64,000 nucleotides of DNA from Thermoproteota archaeon (GCA_026986575.1 JALSOH010000006.1:352001-416000), one strand, 5' to 3'; shown: positions 20,197 to 30,747, numbered from the stretch's first letter. The notes: generated by a model not told the origin, from the letters alone. Numbers and translations: made by a program.

Positions 20197-22499
20197 GAAG
20201 CAGCCTCCTTCGATACAGCCACGATCTTCGACTCACCGTTCCTCATGGTCACCCCTATCAGGTGATCGGCCTCCTCCAGCGTCTCCTTCTTCAGGGAGAT
20301 TGCTATGACTTGGGCCCTTTTCGATAGGTCCTTGAGGGCCCTAGCGTACCTCTTACAGTTCACACCGTCCAGCATGGCGTCAGCCTCATCGAACACGTAG
20401 AGGGAGGAAGGTCTGAGCTTTTGAGCCGCGAGAATGAATGCCAAGGCACTGAGAGATTTCTCTCCACCGGAAAGGGAATCTATGGTGACCGGCTTCTTGT
20501 TGGGAAGACTTACCCTCATCTCAAGTCCCTTCTCTGTGAGCTTGAGCTCCCCCCCACCTCCCTCAAAGAGCAGCTTTATCTGCTCATCGAACGCCACCGA
20601 CAGCCTCCGAAGCGTCTCTTCTATGATCCCTTCTCTTTCCCTGTCAAGTCTCTCTATGAGCTCCTCTATTTCTCTCTTCCTCTCGGCGAACTCTTGATAC
20701 TTCCCCCTGATTTCATTGAAGGCCTTCTTTCGAATCTCGTATTCCTCTTGAGCCTTGGGATTCACTGGTCCCATGAGCCTCAGCCTAGTTTGTATGGAAG
20801 CCACTTCGGAGAACGGGTCAGGGACGGAGAGCGGTTCAACCTGCGCTAACTTCATCAACTCGGATTCAAGTACCTTCATCTTCTCCTTGAGCCTCCCCTT
20901 CTCCTCGCTTATCTCCTCCAGCTTGGAGAGGTACATCTGTCTCCTGTTGAGAGCTTCTTGGTAGGCCCTCCTGAGTGTTGACACCTCCCTCCTGAGAGCC
21001 TCTAGGGCCTCCAGATTAGGATCCTCCTTAGGCAGACCCCCCAGCTCCTCCTTCTTATTAGCAGCATACTTTTTGAGGCTCTTCAACTCCTCTTCGATCT
21101 TCTTCACCTCCTCTCTCAGTTTGTTGACCCTCTCGATGTCCCTCTCCGGCTTCCCAGCTAGGAGGCTTCCCTCCCTCTCCACGATCTCCCCCTTCAGCGT
21201 CACGAATTTCGCCCTGCCAATGAGATCTCTAGTGATGGCGTCCAAGTCGTCCACGAGGATCGCGTTGAAGACCAATTTAGCGATGACCTCGAACTCCTCA
21301 TCGTATCGGAGGAAGCGGTAAAGGGGGCCCAAGGTGCCCTCTACCTCAGGTAGGTCCCTTACCCTGATGACATCCAAGGGGATTATCCTGAAACGGCCCT
21401 TGACGTTCCTCAATGCCTTAGCTATCCTCTTAGCCCCCTCCAAGTCTTTGACGACGATGTCGCCCAACCTGCCTCCCCCAACAGCCAGATAGGGGATTTC
21501 ATAGCCTTCCATGGGAGTTACCAGCTGAGACACAACGCCGAGAAAGGAGGGGTCGCTTCTGACGACCTCCGGTACATCTCTCACCCTAGCTAGAGCGTTT
21601 AAGGCGTCTCTCTGGGCCTCTAAAGCCCTCTCCAGGGTCTCTATTTGGTGAGACAGGGCCCTCAATTCCGCCTCTATCTGCTTCCTTCTCCTGACCGGGG
21701 AGTCCTTCACTAGACCTTCGATCCGCCTAAGTTCCTTCTCCCTCTCCTCGAGTTGAGTCCTCAAGGAATCTATGTCTGAGAAATCCTCCTCCATGTATGC
21801 CTTATCTAGAGATTCCAGTTTCTCTTTGACCTCTTCGAGTTGAACCATCAGCAGGTACTTCTTTACCCTTCTTAGCCTCTCCTCCAACTCGTTTCTCTCC
21901 TGAAGGGCCTTTACCTCCTTCTCGGCTCTCCTCAACTCCTTTTCCCTCTCCTTCATCAGCACCTCCATCTCTCTCAGGGACTGGTCGACCTCTCTCAGCT
22001 CTTCTAGGGCTTTTCCCTTCTTCTCATCGTACTCAGCCACTCCGCTTATCTCCTCCAGCAGCTTAGCCCTCTCCTTGGGGGACATCTCGACTATTGAAGT
22101 GATGTCCCCTTGGGTCACGAACGTGTACCTGTCGACGACGAAACCCATGTCCGCGAGCAGATCCATGACCTCCGCGGCGCTTTTCCTTCTTCCGTTCACC
22201 TTGTAGACGCTTTCCCCGTTGGGTCTAATCTCTCTACTCAAGCTTATCCTCTCGGAGGAATTCCTTATGAGGAGGCTGACCTGAGCCGCGTTAGACCCCT
22301 TCCTGACTAGGTTCTCTATCTTGGAAGCTCTTAGCCTCCTAGCTCTCCATCCCATGACGAAGGCTATGGCGTCCAATATGTTGCTTTTACCCGAGCCATT
22401 GGGACCCGTGATGGCAACTAGACCAGTGGGTAGAGGTATCGTAGCCCTTCGAAACGACTTGAAGTTGACCATGTGGATGCCGTCGACAGCTGCTTTCAT
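20193..22499 (-). CDS. smc: Chromosome segregation protein Smc, unusually short (768 aa)
   Basis: NFKSF, GPNGSGKS, Q-loop TQGDI, hinge (GVVSQL, GRFRIIPLD, G-x6-G-x3-AG), LSGGEKS, FDEADAMLD. Confidence 0.92.
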   Translation of the reverse strand: MKAAVDGIHMVNFKSFRRATIPLPTGLVAITGPNGSGKSNILDAIAFVMGWRARRLRASKIENLVRKGSNAAQVSLLIRNSSERISLSREIRPNGESVYKVNGRRKSAAEVMDLLADMGFVVDRYTFVTQGDITSIVEMSPKERAKLLEEISGVAEYDEKKGKALEELREVDQSLREMEVLMKEREKELRRAEKEVKALQERNELEERLRRVKKYLLMVQLEEVKEKLESLDKAYMEEDFSDIDSLRTQLEEREKELRRIEGLVKDSPVRRRKQIEAELRALSHQIETLERALEAQRDALNALARVRDVPEVVRSDPSFLGVVSQLVTPMEGYEIPYLAVGGGRLGDIVVKDLEGAKRIAKALRNVKGRFRIIPLDVIRVRDLPEVEGTLGPLYRFLRYDEEFEVIAKLVFNAILVDDLDAITRDLIGRAKFVTLKGEIVEREGSLLAGKPERDIERVNKLREEVKKIEEELKSLKKYAANKKEELGGLPKEDPNLEALEALRREVSTLRRAYQEALNRRQMYLSKLEEISEEKGRLKEKMKVLESELMKLAQVEPLSVPDPFSEVASIQTRLRLMGPVNPKAQEEYEIRKKAFNEIRGKYQEFAERKREIEELIERLDREREGIIEETLRRLSVAFDEQIKLLFEGGGGELKLTEKGLEMRVSLPNKKPVTIDSLSGGEKSLSALAFILAAQKLRPSSLYVFDEADAMLDGVNCKRYARALKDLSKRAQVIAISLKKETLEEADHLIGVTMRNGESKIVAVSKEAAS

Positions 22500-22532
22500 T
22501 CATCAGCGTCTTATAGGCTAGGAATTTAACCT

Positions 22533-23474
22533 TTACGGGGGAATCAGTGCGTATGCGACTGAGAAGGCAGAAAGGTAGGCAACTCCCGACTCAATGGAGG
22601 ATCCCAAGGGCTTGGCGGAGATTAGTGTGGAGATCAGCCCAGCTAATAGGAGGGTCAGGGGTAGTTCCGCGGGGATCTGCAACGGGTACAGCAGGGGGGA
22701 GGTGACGACCTTCATCAGGACCACGTTAGACAGACCGATGGAAGATGAGATAACTAAGGACATCGCTTTTATGGACCTCATGCGAGCTCTCCATGCCGAT
22801 GTTATGCGCTTGAACTCCCTCAACATGGTAGAGGTCCTCCTCATCACCTTAGCTAAGGTCCTCCTATCGGACATCACCCGCAGGACATTCGCCCAAGGAG
22901 GGAGCTCCAAATCATTGAGATCGATGTCCAATACGAGGGGTTCATAGAGACCGAGATGCCTCAGAGCGTAAATCCTACCACCGCCCTTCTCTAGGGTCGA
23001 TGCTATGTAGTCCGCCGCTGCCGGGTCGTCAGATATACATCCTAGGGAAAGCCCTGGGATCAATGGGTACACCAAGGCTAGGGGGATGAGGTGAAAGGGC
23101 TCTATCCTCATCCCTCCCAGGGAGAGGGCTACTGCTATCCCCACTGAGAGGGCCATCCCCAAGGTCAAGGAGAGGTACATCCATCTCTCTCGCGCTTGAG
23201 CATCTGCTTCCAAGAGCTGGGAAATGAGAGTGAGTGAGGACTTGAGCGATTCATCTTTATCCCCACCCTCCTCAATCCCAGACAGTAGAGATCCAGCCTC
23301 GCCCATTTTCTTAGCTAGCGCACTACCGGCCCTCTCGCCTTCTACGGCTACCTCCTCATAGGCCGAGATGGCCCTAAGTCCTAGGGCGGGAGAGGCGCTC
23401 CAACCTAAGACCAGCCTCTGTACTAGGTCAGCTCTCCTCAAGTAGTCCCTTAATCCTCCTATAGACCTCTTCAT
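22533..23474 (-). CDS. Multi-TM membrane protein, probable T2SS-F/TadC-like pilus platform
   Basis: Alternating helical cytoplasmic and TM segments; overlaps the 3' end of a secretion ATPase gene. Confidence 0.55.
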   Translation of the reverse strand: MKRSIGGLRDYLRRADLVQRLVLGWSASPALGLRAISAYEEVAVEGERAGSALAKKMGEAGSLLSGIEEGGDKDESLKSSLTLISQLLEADAQARERWMYLSLTLGMALSVGIAVALSLGGMRIEPFHLIPLALVYPLIPGLSLGCISDDPAAADYIASTLEKGGGRIYALRHLGLYEPLVLDIDLNDLELPPWANVLRVMSDRRTLAKVMRRTSTMLREFKRITSAWRARMRSIKAMSLVISSSIGLSNVVLMKVVTSPLLYPLQIPAELPLTLLLAGLISTLISAKPLGSSIESGVAYLSAFSVAYALIPP

Positions 23475-24801
23475 TGGTCTCGGCGCCCTCCAGCCTCTTC
23501 ACATGCATTAACCAATCAGTCGATGGGCTCCCTGGATCATCCCACCCTCCATCTACCCAGCGCCTCATCTCAACTACCTTCTTTTCCTCCATCCTCACCG
23601 CCAAGGTCCCCTCAGGAAGGTTCACCCCCCAAGAGGTCCATTTCTGGATAAGACCCCGATAATCCTTGGCGTGGGTGGTCGCCATCACCTTCAATCCACT
23701 GAAGGAAGTGAGATCTAGGGCTTCAGCATGCTCCCTTCCCAAAATTTCTCCCAGAAACACCAAGTCCGGATTCCTGTGGAGAAGGAACTTGATGAAATCC
23801 AGCTTGCCCGATGTTATCTCATATGGGGTGTGGTGCATCCCGTACCTAGTGAGGTCCTCTATCTCCCTCACCTCCTCGACGCTCACTATCCTCCAGTGCC
23901 TGGGAAGGCTCGCGAGCAGGGCGTTGGATAGCGTAGTCTTACCGACCCCCGTCCTGCCGAAGATCAATACCGGATCGCCTCTGCCCAGCGAGTCCAACAT
24001 GAGGGCCGCTTCATACCCGGTCAGGGATCCTAGTGAAATGAGACGGGGTAAGCTCAGCCGCGACATGGCGCTCAGATTCCTCACATCCACAGCCCCCATC
24101 GATGCTGGAGGGAAGTCTAAGGCCATCCTGAAGTGGTACTCGCCCAACGAGAGATCGACTTCGTTGAGAGGAGAGCTGAAGTCCACACCGGCGTTCACAT
24201 CAGCCTCCACGAATGTCATCAGCCTGCTTACCTCTCCTTGGTCCATCAGGTAGTTCTCCACTACTATCCTACCCAGTTCTACGTGGTCCAGATAAAGAGG
24301 ACCATTGAAGTGAGCGTATGCCTCAGTAACATCTGGCGCCATGGCTATGGCCAGAAATGGCCAAAGCTTCGTGGATCTAACTGAAGACTCCAGTGCTAAT
24401 TCCTCATCTTCCAAATCCAATTCCCTTAAGATCTCATTAGCTCTGTCCACTCTGAGCTGGAGGGACTTCCATATCAGGTCCCCTTGGGATCTGTAGTCGT
24501 GGGAGTATATTCCCTTAACCATCATGGAAAGGATTATGGAAGCCACTTGCCTACCGGTACGTGATGTTAGCGGATGAGCCACGGCTTTCTTGCCCCTAAT
24601 CTCGAGCGATCCTCCAAGGAAAGGTATATCCCAAGATATGAGCTGTCCTACGACTTCAATAGGTCTGCATTTCCTCCTGAATATCCTCTGGCGGAAACCC
24701 AGTTTCATACCGAGGGATGCTTTTAGGGCGTGCTTGCCGCACCTAGCTATGAGGATAGAGGCCAGCTCCAGTGAACGCTCCTCTCCCACTCCCGATAGCA
24801 T
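23428..24801 (-). CDS. Type II/IV secretion (VirB11/TadA-like) ATPase, divergent
   Basis: GRTGVGKTT Walker A, SVEEVREI Asp box, NPDLVFLGEI Walker B, ATTHA His box. Confidence 0.8.
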   Translation of the reverse strand: MLSGVGEERSLELASILIARCGKHALKASLGMKLGFRQRIFRRKCRPIEVVGQLISWDIPFLGGSLEIRGKKAVAHPLTSRTGRQVASIILSMMVKGIYSHDYRSQGDLIWKSLQLRVDRANEILRELDLEDEELALESSVRSTKLWPFLAIAMAPDVTEAYAHFNGPLYLDHVELGRIVVENYLMDQGEVSRLMTFVEADVNAGVDFSSPLNEVDLSLGEYHFRMALDFPPASMGAVDVRNLSAMSRLSLPRLISLGSLTGYEAALMLDSLGRGDPVLIFGRTGVGKTTLSNALLASLPRHWRIVSVEEVREIEDLTRYGMHHTPYEITSGKLDFIKFLLHRNPDLVFLGEILGREHAEALDLTSFSGLKVMATTHAKDYRGLIQKWTSWGVNLPEGTLAVRMEEKKVVEMRRWVDGGWDDPGSPSTDWLMHVKRLEGAETNEEVYRRIKGLLEES

Positions 24802-25429
24802 AGGAATACCTCCTCACGAGGAGAGCTGCTAGAATGAGTCCAATCGATATGGAAAGGGAGTAAACGTTGATGTCGTGGTCTGCGAGCACACGCACCCTTA
24901 GGGGCTCTTGGGATGGGTTGTAGAGGATCAAATATGTTCTATCGCTGACGCTGTCGCACGCGACCCTTATAGGGCCATCGCTCCTGACCAGGTCTCCTCC
25001 AACTTCATCATAACCCTCTATCTCGTACAGCGTAATTTGCCCATCGGAGGATGCTGAAAGGTTCCATTCACCCCTTTCCACTGGTATTAAGGACCCGCCG
25101 TCAGAGAAGTAGTAACCCCTACTCCATACTGCGTCATAATTACTCACTATCAGCTCAAGGCTGCTCCCCCTCACTTCCAGCAATGGAAATGAGACCAACT
25201 CGTTAATGGAGCTTCCTCTCGATACCTCCCTCAATCTCATATCCCTAAGATCCACGCATAAGCTCCCATTGGCTTGAAGGATCATCGTGCTCTGGCATTT
25301 GACTATCTCATAGGTCCCGTTCTCCAACACTAGGTTCCCCACTATGCTCTCACTGGGTATTAGACTGTAGACTAGAAGAACAGCACCCAAAATCAACAAG
25401 AGGAGAGGGGGAAGTGCAACAAATCTCAA
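24743..25429 (-). CDS. Hypothetical membrane-anchored protein (N- and C-terminal TM)
   Basis: AGGAGG RBS then TTG overlapping the upstream stop (TTGA); hydrophobic termini. Confidence 0.65.
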   Translation of the reverse strand: MRFVALPPLLLLILGAVLLVYSLIPSESIVGNLVLENGTYEIVKCQSTMILQANGSLCVDLRDMRLREVSRGSSINELVSFPLLEVRGSSLELIVSNYDAVWSRGYYFSDGGSLIPVERGEWNLSASSDGQITLYEIEGYDEVGGDLVRSDGPIRVACDSVSDRTYLILYNPSQEPLRVRVLADHDINVYSLSISIGLILAALLVRRYSYAIGSGRGAFTGAGLYPHS

Positions 25430-28005
25430 GATATCCTCCTCCTGATTACCAGAATCCCAATTAGAGAGACAGCCATTATCGCGACCACCATCTCTACATC
25501 CCAAGATCTCGGGCGATCCCTCCTCAAAACACGACATGAAGGTCTGAAGAGTTTTATCTCGCCCCTGTTACTTCCAACATTCCCGATTACTACGTTAGAT
25601 ACGTTTCTGTGGGACGTAAGTTTAAGATGTGTACTAGTTTGATTAAACAAGCTTCCTTCCCTAGGAGCCGTGACGTTTAACTCTATCTGGCCGAACAAGG
25701 TCCCTCCTCCAGTCAAATAAGCCCATCGAACATGCCAGATGCCTTCCTCATGAACGACGAAGTGAAAGGTAGTTTTATTTCTGACTGGGACCTCCCTGAT
25801 AGTGGTGCCACTTGGATCCACGACCCATACACTCCCCCTGGCTCCGTAGGGAGTCGCGGTAACGCTCACATCGTCTCCCACCTCTGGATTGCTCGGCACA
25901 ACCGTAACGGAGAACCTCTCTTTTTGGCTCGTGGTATTTGATGTATTGTTTTCCGGTCCTGAGTTTCCCGTGTCAGTGTGAAGTTGAGATGCTTCAGGCA
26001 ATTCCTCGTGAGCTGATTCTTGGTATTTCTCGGTCCTAAATTCAACATTAGGCTTGGTATGGTCCTCAGATCGATCCTTGACGTCCTCCCCTTCTTGAAC
26101 ATCGTTAACGTCCTCCCTATTATTCCCAGAGTCCTCCTCATAGCTGCTCCCTGTTGTGGTATTCAGGGAATCGTTTGATCCATCGCCTGATCCGTTATCA
26201 TCCTCATGAGATCCACTGCCTTCATCTTGGCCCACATTCCTGACCACCAAAACCGCAGAGTCCCTAGCCACCGCCCCATCCATATCCACTGCCTCAATGG
26301 AGATCTCAATAGAATCCTTCCCCTCAGGCACTGTGAACTCGACATCCTCAGCCGAACTTGACCCGGGCAATTGAATGGCCCTCCCATCGATGTAAAGGGT
26401 CGTTCTGAGTCCCGGAGCATCATCCGAGTAAATCGCGCTAACGATTACGGTCTCCCCGGGAGATGCTTCGCTTGGATTTACGCTGACATCCACTGTGGGA
26501 GGTCTGTTCTCCAGCACCACATCCCATCTCTCGGAGGCCTCCCCAAAAGGACTAGCCACGTACGCAGATACCACATAGTCGCCAGACCTCACATCTCTTG
26601 GGACAACTACCCTGTAATCCCCGGCCCCACTTATTGAGATCCTCTCCCCCATGAAGTCCAGATAACCATTGACATCATCTCCTTGGACATATATGGTATA
26701 CTCCTCACCCCTGTGAATCGTACGGGGAATTTCCCCCGATATCGAGGGAGGTACTCCCACGGTGATACTTTCCGTTGAGGATGAAGATGCACCGTCCCTA
26801 TCGACCGCATTGGCGGTGAAAGCGAGCTCTCCAGAGAATCCTTCAGGGATCCTAAACTCGAGGGAACCTCCATTCTCATCCATATTGAACTCGTTCCTGA
26901 GCCCCTCTCCCGTCACTGTCAAACGAACGTCCGTGCCCGGAGAATCATCCTCCACCGAGACTTGAACGTTTACGGTGTCTCCGGGAATCGCCACATTCTT
27001 GTCCAATGATATCTCAACCTGAGGGGGTATATTCAAGATCTCTAAGGTCCAACTAGCGGAGTTGCTTCCATCCACATCCTCCACGGTAACCTCCATCGGG
27101 TGCTGGCCAGCGTCGATGTCCCTAGGAACCTCTATTAGGTTCTCTCCCCTTTCCAGCGCGTACTCCCTCCTGAAGGCGGTTAAGACGCCCGTCAAGGTAT
27201 CTCCGTCATTCTCGGAAACAATTACCCTGAGCACGTCCCCTCTGTAGACTTGTGTTGGTGGGGTGAAGCTTACGGAGGGTGGCTCACCTAGCACCCTCAC
27301 CGCGGAGTCCTTCCTAGACACGGCAGTGACTCCGCTATAGGATTTGGTGACGGTGAAGGTGATCTCCCTGGTACCTGAGGGCGAGTCCACAAAGTTAACA
27401 CCCACCTTCGACCTGTAGAGCCCCCTAGATACCCTTCTGAGCCTGTAGGTAGACGATCCCAGCTTGGCAGTGACGGATAACTCGCCCACACCATCGTCCA
27501 CATCGTTCAGTCCGTCCACCTCTAGGGTGATCTCGTCCCTCTTGCTGATCTCCCTAGGAGTTATGGATGGGGACCATGAGGGAGGTATGTACACGATGTA
27601 AGAGCTCCCCATATCCTTGCTGTCAGCGTCGGTGGCTCCATTAACCCTGCAGGTCACCTTTATAGCGAGGCTAGCCCGCTCTCCGGCCTTCGTGTGCACG
27701 TAAATCCTGACGCTTCCGCTCCTTGTACTCATAGAAATCGTCTTGGAAAGAACATCTATGTTGCTTCCAGAGGCCTCAACGCTTAGTTGAGTGTTCTGAG
27801 GATCGCTCGTCGTCAGATCAAACCAGAATTTTACGATGATCTCGCCCGGCTTGGTCGCTTGGGGGAGTCTACTCGGAGAGGTTCTAGTTATCTCTATACT
27901 ACAATCATCCAAAGCGAGCGCCCTTCTCTGAATCGAAACGGAGAAGACTATTAACATGAGGAGGAACGGAATCCAATTATGTCGGTTATATTGGAGCCTC
28001 ATCAC
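25426..28005 (-). CDS. Large secreted/surface protein with tandem Ig-like repeats
   Basis: Signal peptide; repeated (N/E)xPPxV/I...DxDG beta-rich units; acidic low-complexity linker; C-terminal TM followed by RRR. Confidence 0.8.
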   Translation of the reverse strand: MMRLQYNRHNWIPFLLMLIVFSVSIQRRALALDDCSIEITRTSPSRLPQATKPGEIIVKFWFDLTTSDPQNTQLSVEASGSNIDVLSKTISMSTRSGSVRIYVHTKAGERASLAIKVTCRVNGATDADSKDMGSSYIVYIPPSWSPSITPREISKRDEITLEVDGLNDVDDGVGELSVTAKLGSSTYRLRRVSRGLYRSKVGVNFVDSPSGTREITFTVTKSYSGVTAVSRKDSAVRVLGEPPSVSFTPPTQVYRGDVLRVIVSENDGDTLTGVLTAFRREYALERGENLIEVPRDIDAGQHPMEVTVEDVDGSNSASWTLEILNIPPQVEISLDKNVAIPGDTVNVQVSVEDDSPGTDVRLTVTGEGLRNEFNMDENGGSLEFRIPEGFSGELAFTANAVDRDGASSSSTESITVGVPPSISGEIPRTIHRGEEYTIYVQGDDVNGYLDFMGERISISGAGDYRVVVPRDVRSGDYVVSAYVASPFGEASERWDVVLENRPPTVDVSVNPSEASPGETVIVSAIYSDDAPGLRTTLYIDGRAIQLPGSSSAEDVEFTVPEGKDSIEISIEAVDMDGAVARDSAVLVVRNVGQDEGSGSHEDDNGSGDGSNDSLNTTTGSSYEEDSGNNREDVNDVQEGEDVKDRSEDHTKPNVEFRTEKYQESAHEELPEASQLHTDTGNSGPENNTSNTTSQKERFSVTVVPSNPEVGDDVSVTATPYGARGSVWVVDPSGTTIREVPVRNKTTFHFVVHEEGIWHVRWAYLTGGGTLFGQIELNVTAPREGSLFNQTSTHLKLTSHRNVSNVVIGNVGSNRGEIKLFRPSCRVLRRDRPRSWDVEMVVAIMAVSLIGILVIRRRIS

Positions 28006-28062
28006 CCTAGAAGGAGCTATCTCGTAAAGGAGGGTAACAGGATCAATTGAAAGGGAAAAGTA

Positions 28063-28497
28063 TCACCAAACTGCGAGCACCACCATGCTGAGGGTCCCGC
28101 TGACCCCTTCCATACCCCTGATCCTTTCGATCGTCTGGTTGAGGCTGACGGTATCGGGACTAGCTATCTCCACGACTATATCATACTCCCCGGTTACTTC
28201 GCATGCCTTGACGACGTCTCTTAGATCGGATATGGTCTTAGCGATCTCAGGGATGTTGTGTCCAGGCCTCACTTTCACGAGTACTATTGCCTTCATTCCA
28301 GATTCGCCGATTTCGATTGTGAACCTCTTTATCACACCGCTCTTAATCAACTTGCTGACTCTCTTCCTGATAGTTGCCTCGCTAACGTTCAATTTCTTCG
28401 CAATTTCAGTGTAGGGAGTTCTTGCATCCCTAATTAACATCTCCAGTATCTTCCGGTCCATCTCATCCAGCAATAGGCTCCCCGGGAATAGAGTCAT
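28063..28497 (-). CDS. Lrp/AsnC-family transcriptional regulator
   Basis: LDEMDRKIL..L..DARTPYTEIAK.LNVSEATIRKR; VTGEYDI. Confidence 0.93.
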   Translation of the reverse strand: MTLFPGSLLLDEMDRKILEMLIRDARTPYTEIAKKLNVSEATIRKRVSKLIKSGVIKRFTIEIGESGMKAIVLVKVRPGHNIPEIAKTISDLRDVVKACEVTGEYDIVVEIASPDTVSLNQTIERIRGMEGVSGTLSMVVLAVW

Positions 28498-29018
28498 GAT
28501 AAGTAATTAATTTGCCTTGATTGATCAGCTTCTCGTGACTGATGGATACGATAATCGCACCTTACCACAGTGGCTAATAGTTTGAGAAGCCTGTAGGACA
28601 TGCCCCAGACAACGTAACCGCAACAAGAGATGGCCCTGACTAGGATATCCCTCCTAGGGATGAACGCGAAACCCTCCCTCATATCCCTGAGATCCATCCA
28701 GAAGAGGTCCTCGACTTCTTCCCCCACCTCCGGGCTAACCTCACCCACCCTGAAGACGAAGGGTACGACCCGCATCCTCTTGCTCAAAGGGGATATCACG
28801 GGCATCCTCGCCGTCAGGGATTTGGGATCCAGTGAGAGGTTGACTTCCTCCCTCACCTCCCTAATGGCTGTATCCAGGCAGCTCTCATCCCCTGGCTCTA
28901 CACTCCCTCCCGGAAAGCTGACATTCCATGAGAACGGATCCCTAGGATCTGGTTTCCTCCTAATCATCAGGACCTTGCAGCCTTTGAGGAGTATCCCCAC
29001 CGCTGCATCGCATTCCAT
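28494..29018 (-). CDS. Nudix hydrolase, CoA pyrophosphatase-like
   Basis: SFPGG..E.GD....TAIREVREE Nudix box; VWGMS motif. Confidence 0.88.
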   Translation of the reverse strand: MECDAAVGILLKGCKVLMIRRKPDPRDPFSWNVSFPGGSVEPGDESCLDTAIREVREEVNLSLDPKSLTARMPVISPLSKRMRVVPFVFRVGEVSPEVGEEVEDLFWMDLRDMREGFAFIPRRDILVRAISCCGYVVWGMSYRLLKLLATVVRCDYRIHQSREADQSRQINYLS

Positions 29019-29066
29019 ACAACCATCAATAGTTTAAATTCCAGAGAGTAATAAAGGGTTGAGAAG

Positions 29067-29867
29067 GTGCCTCGATTGGGGCTGCTGGACCTACTCTATA
29101 GACTGGCAAGCCTGCTGGAGATGCCCCTCTACAAGAGATACTTGGAGTCAAAAGTGAGAGAAGGGGAAATTCCCAAGCATGTAGCCCTCATACTTGATGG
29201 AAATAGGAGATTCGCTCAGAAACTCGGACTCGATTACCTGAACGCCTACAGGATGGGGGCGAGCAGAACTGAGGAGCTGCTCGACTGGTTACTTGAGCTG
29301 GGAGTTGACCACGTCACACTCTACGCCTTCTCAACAGAGAACTTCTCTAGACCCAAGGAACAAGTGGAGGCCGTTTTTAAGGTGATAGAGGAGAAGCTGA
29401 GGGACCTTATGGAGAAAAAGGAGAAATTGCGGAGGAATAGGGTGAGGTTCAGGATAGTTGGGAAGAAGGAACTTCTCCCCGATCGCATCAGGGAACTAGC
29501 AGAGGAGCTGGAGGCCATGACCAAGGACTTCGGAAATAAGACCCTGAATCTAGCGGTGGCCTACGGTGGTAGAGCGGAGATAGTGGATGCCGTCAGGAAA
29601 ATAGCCAGAGAAGTGGCGGAGGGTAAGCTTGGACCGGAGGAGATAGATGAGAATGTCATAAGGTCCCATCTCTACGCCCCAGACCTTCCCGACCCAGACC
29701 TCATAATCAGGACATCGGGAGAGGAGAGGCTGAGCAACTTCCTGCTGTGGCAATCCGCCTACTCGGAGCTGTACTTTTGCGAGGTTTATCTCCCGGAGTT
29801 GAGGAAGGTAGATATCTTAAGAGCGATAAGAGACTATCAAAGGAGGAAGAGGAGATTTGGAGGCTAG
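29067..29867 (+). CDS. uppS: cis-prenyltransferase (polyprenyl diphosphate synthase)
   Basis: HVALILDGNRR, YAFSTENF, YGGRAEI, IIRTSGEERLSNFL. Confidence 0.95.
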   Translation: MPRLGLLDLLYRLASLLEMPLYKRYLESKVREGEIPKHVALILDGNRRFAQKLGLDYLNAYRMGASRTEELLDWLLELGVDHVTLYAFSTENFSRPKEQVEAVFKVIEEKLRDLMEKKEKLRRNRVRFRIVGKKELLPDRIRELAEELEAMTKDFGNKTLNLAVAYGGRAEIVDAVRKIAREVAEGKLGPEEIDENVIRSHLYAPDLPDPDLIIRTSGEERLSNFLLWQSAYSELYFCEVYLPELRKVDILRAIRDYQRRKRRFGG

Positions 29868-30747
29868 AGAACCCAAGATAGATATTGGAGGGGCTATACT
29901 GGACTTGAACGTGCTCAGGGATGAGTATGGTATAAGGACGGACCTAACACATCAGGTGAAGGTTGAGGGGCTGGATGGACGACTCACTAGGCTCATGAAA
30001 GTGATGATCCCTGACTTCAACGTGTACCTGCTGGAGACCCCCCACATCCTGAGGTACATATCCCATCCGCACATAGCGGGGGAATCACTCGAGGTCCTCC
30101 TCTCGGAGAACTCCTCCCTCCTCAGGAGGATAGTGGACAGGTTCACCCTCCAGAGGTTCGGCAAGATAGTGGCCGCTGAGAGTCTGGTAAGGAAGATGGG
30201 ACTGGACATACCCTTTTTAAACGAGCTCAGGGACCTTGCCGATGTCGTCGCAATAGTGCCCACTCCTATCAGCAAGGAGTGGGTGGAGGCCTTTGAATCC
30301 AGCATCAGGGAGAGAGGAGGGAGGCTGAGGGTCATCCTCTTTCTAGGGCCCCTGAGTAGGGAGGATGTGAACATCTTGGGGGACGAGGCCAACTCCCTTG
30401 GCGTGGATTCGATATTCCTAGCTCCCGCTTTGCTCGGGAGCAGGGACAGCAGGGGGGCTCTTGTCGCCTACGGTATGGATATAGGTCTGCTTAGGCACGG
30501 TAAGGTGGTCGAGCTGGGATCGGTGGTGGACGAAATAACTCTCTGTAGGCTGCTCAGAGATTACCCTCCGGGCATAGATGTGTCCGGTCTGAGGGAGAGG
30601 ATCCAACCAGATCTGAATTACCTCAGATCGATCTTGGATGACATACTTTTTCTCCTAGAGCAACCGGTCTTCGATCCTTGGCAGATAGAGATCCTGATGA
30701 GGGAGGCCAAGAACCTGAGGAGGCAGCTGATGAGGTATGGCGGGTGA
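29857..30747 (+). CDS. Hypothetical protein
   Basis: 296-aa ORF overlapping uppS and the next gene; host-like codon usage. Confidence 0.65.
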   Translation: MEAREPKIDIGGAILDLNVLRDEYGIRTDLTHQVKVEGLDGRLTRLMKVMIPDFNVYLLETPHILRYISHPHIAGESLEVLLSENSSLLRRIVDRFTLQRFGKIVAAESLVRKMGLDIPFLNELRDLADVVAIVPTPISKEWVEAFESSIRERGGRLRVILFLGPLSREDVNILGDEANSLGVDSIFLAPALLGSRDSRGALVAYGMDIGLLRHGKVVELGSVVDEITLCRLLRDYPPGIDVSGLRERIQPDLNYLRSILDDILFLLEQPVFDPWQIEILMREAKNLRRQLMRYGG

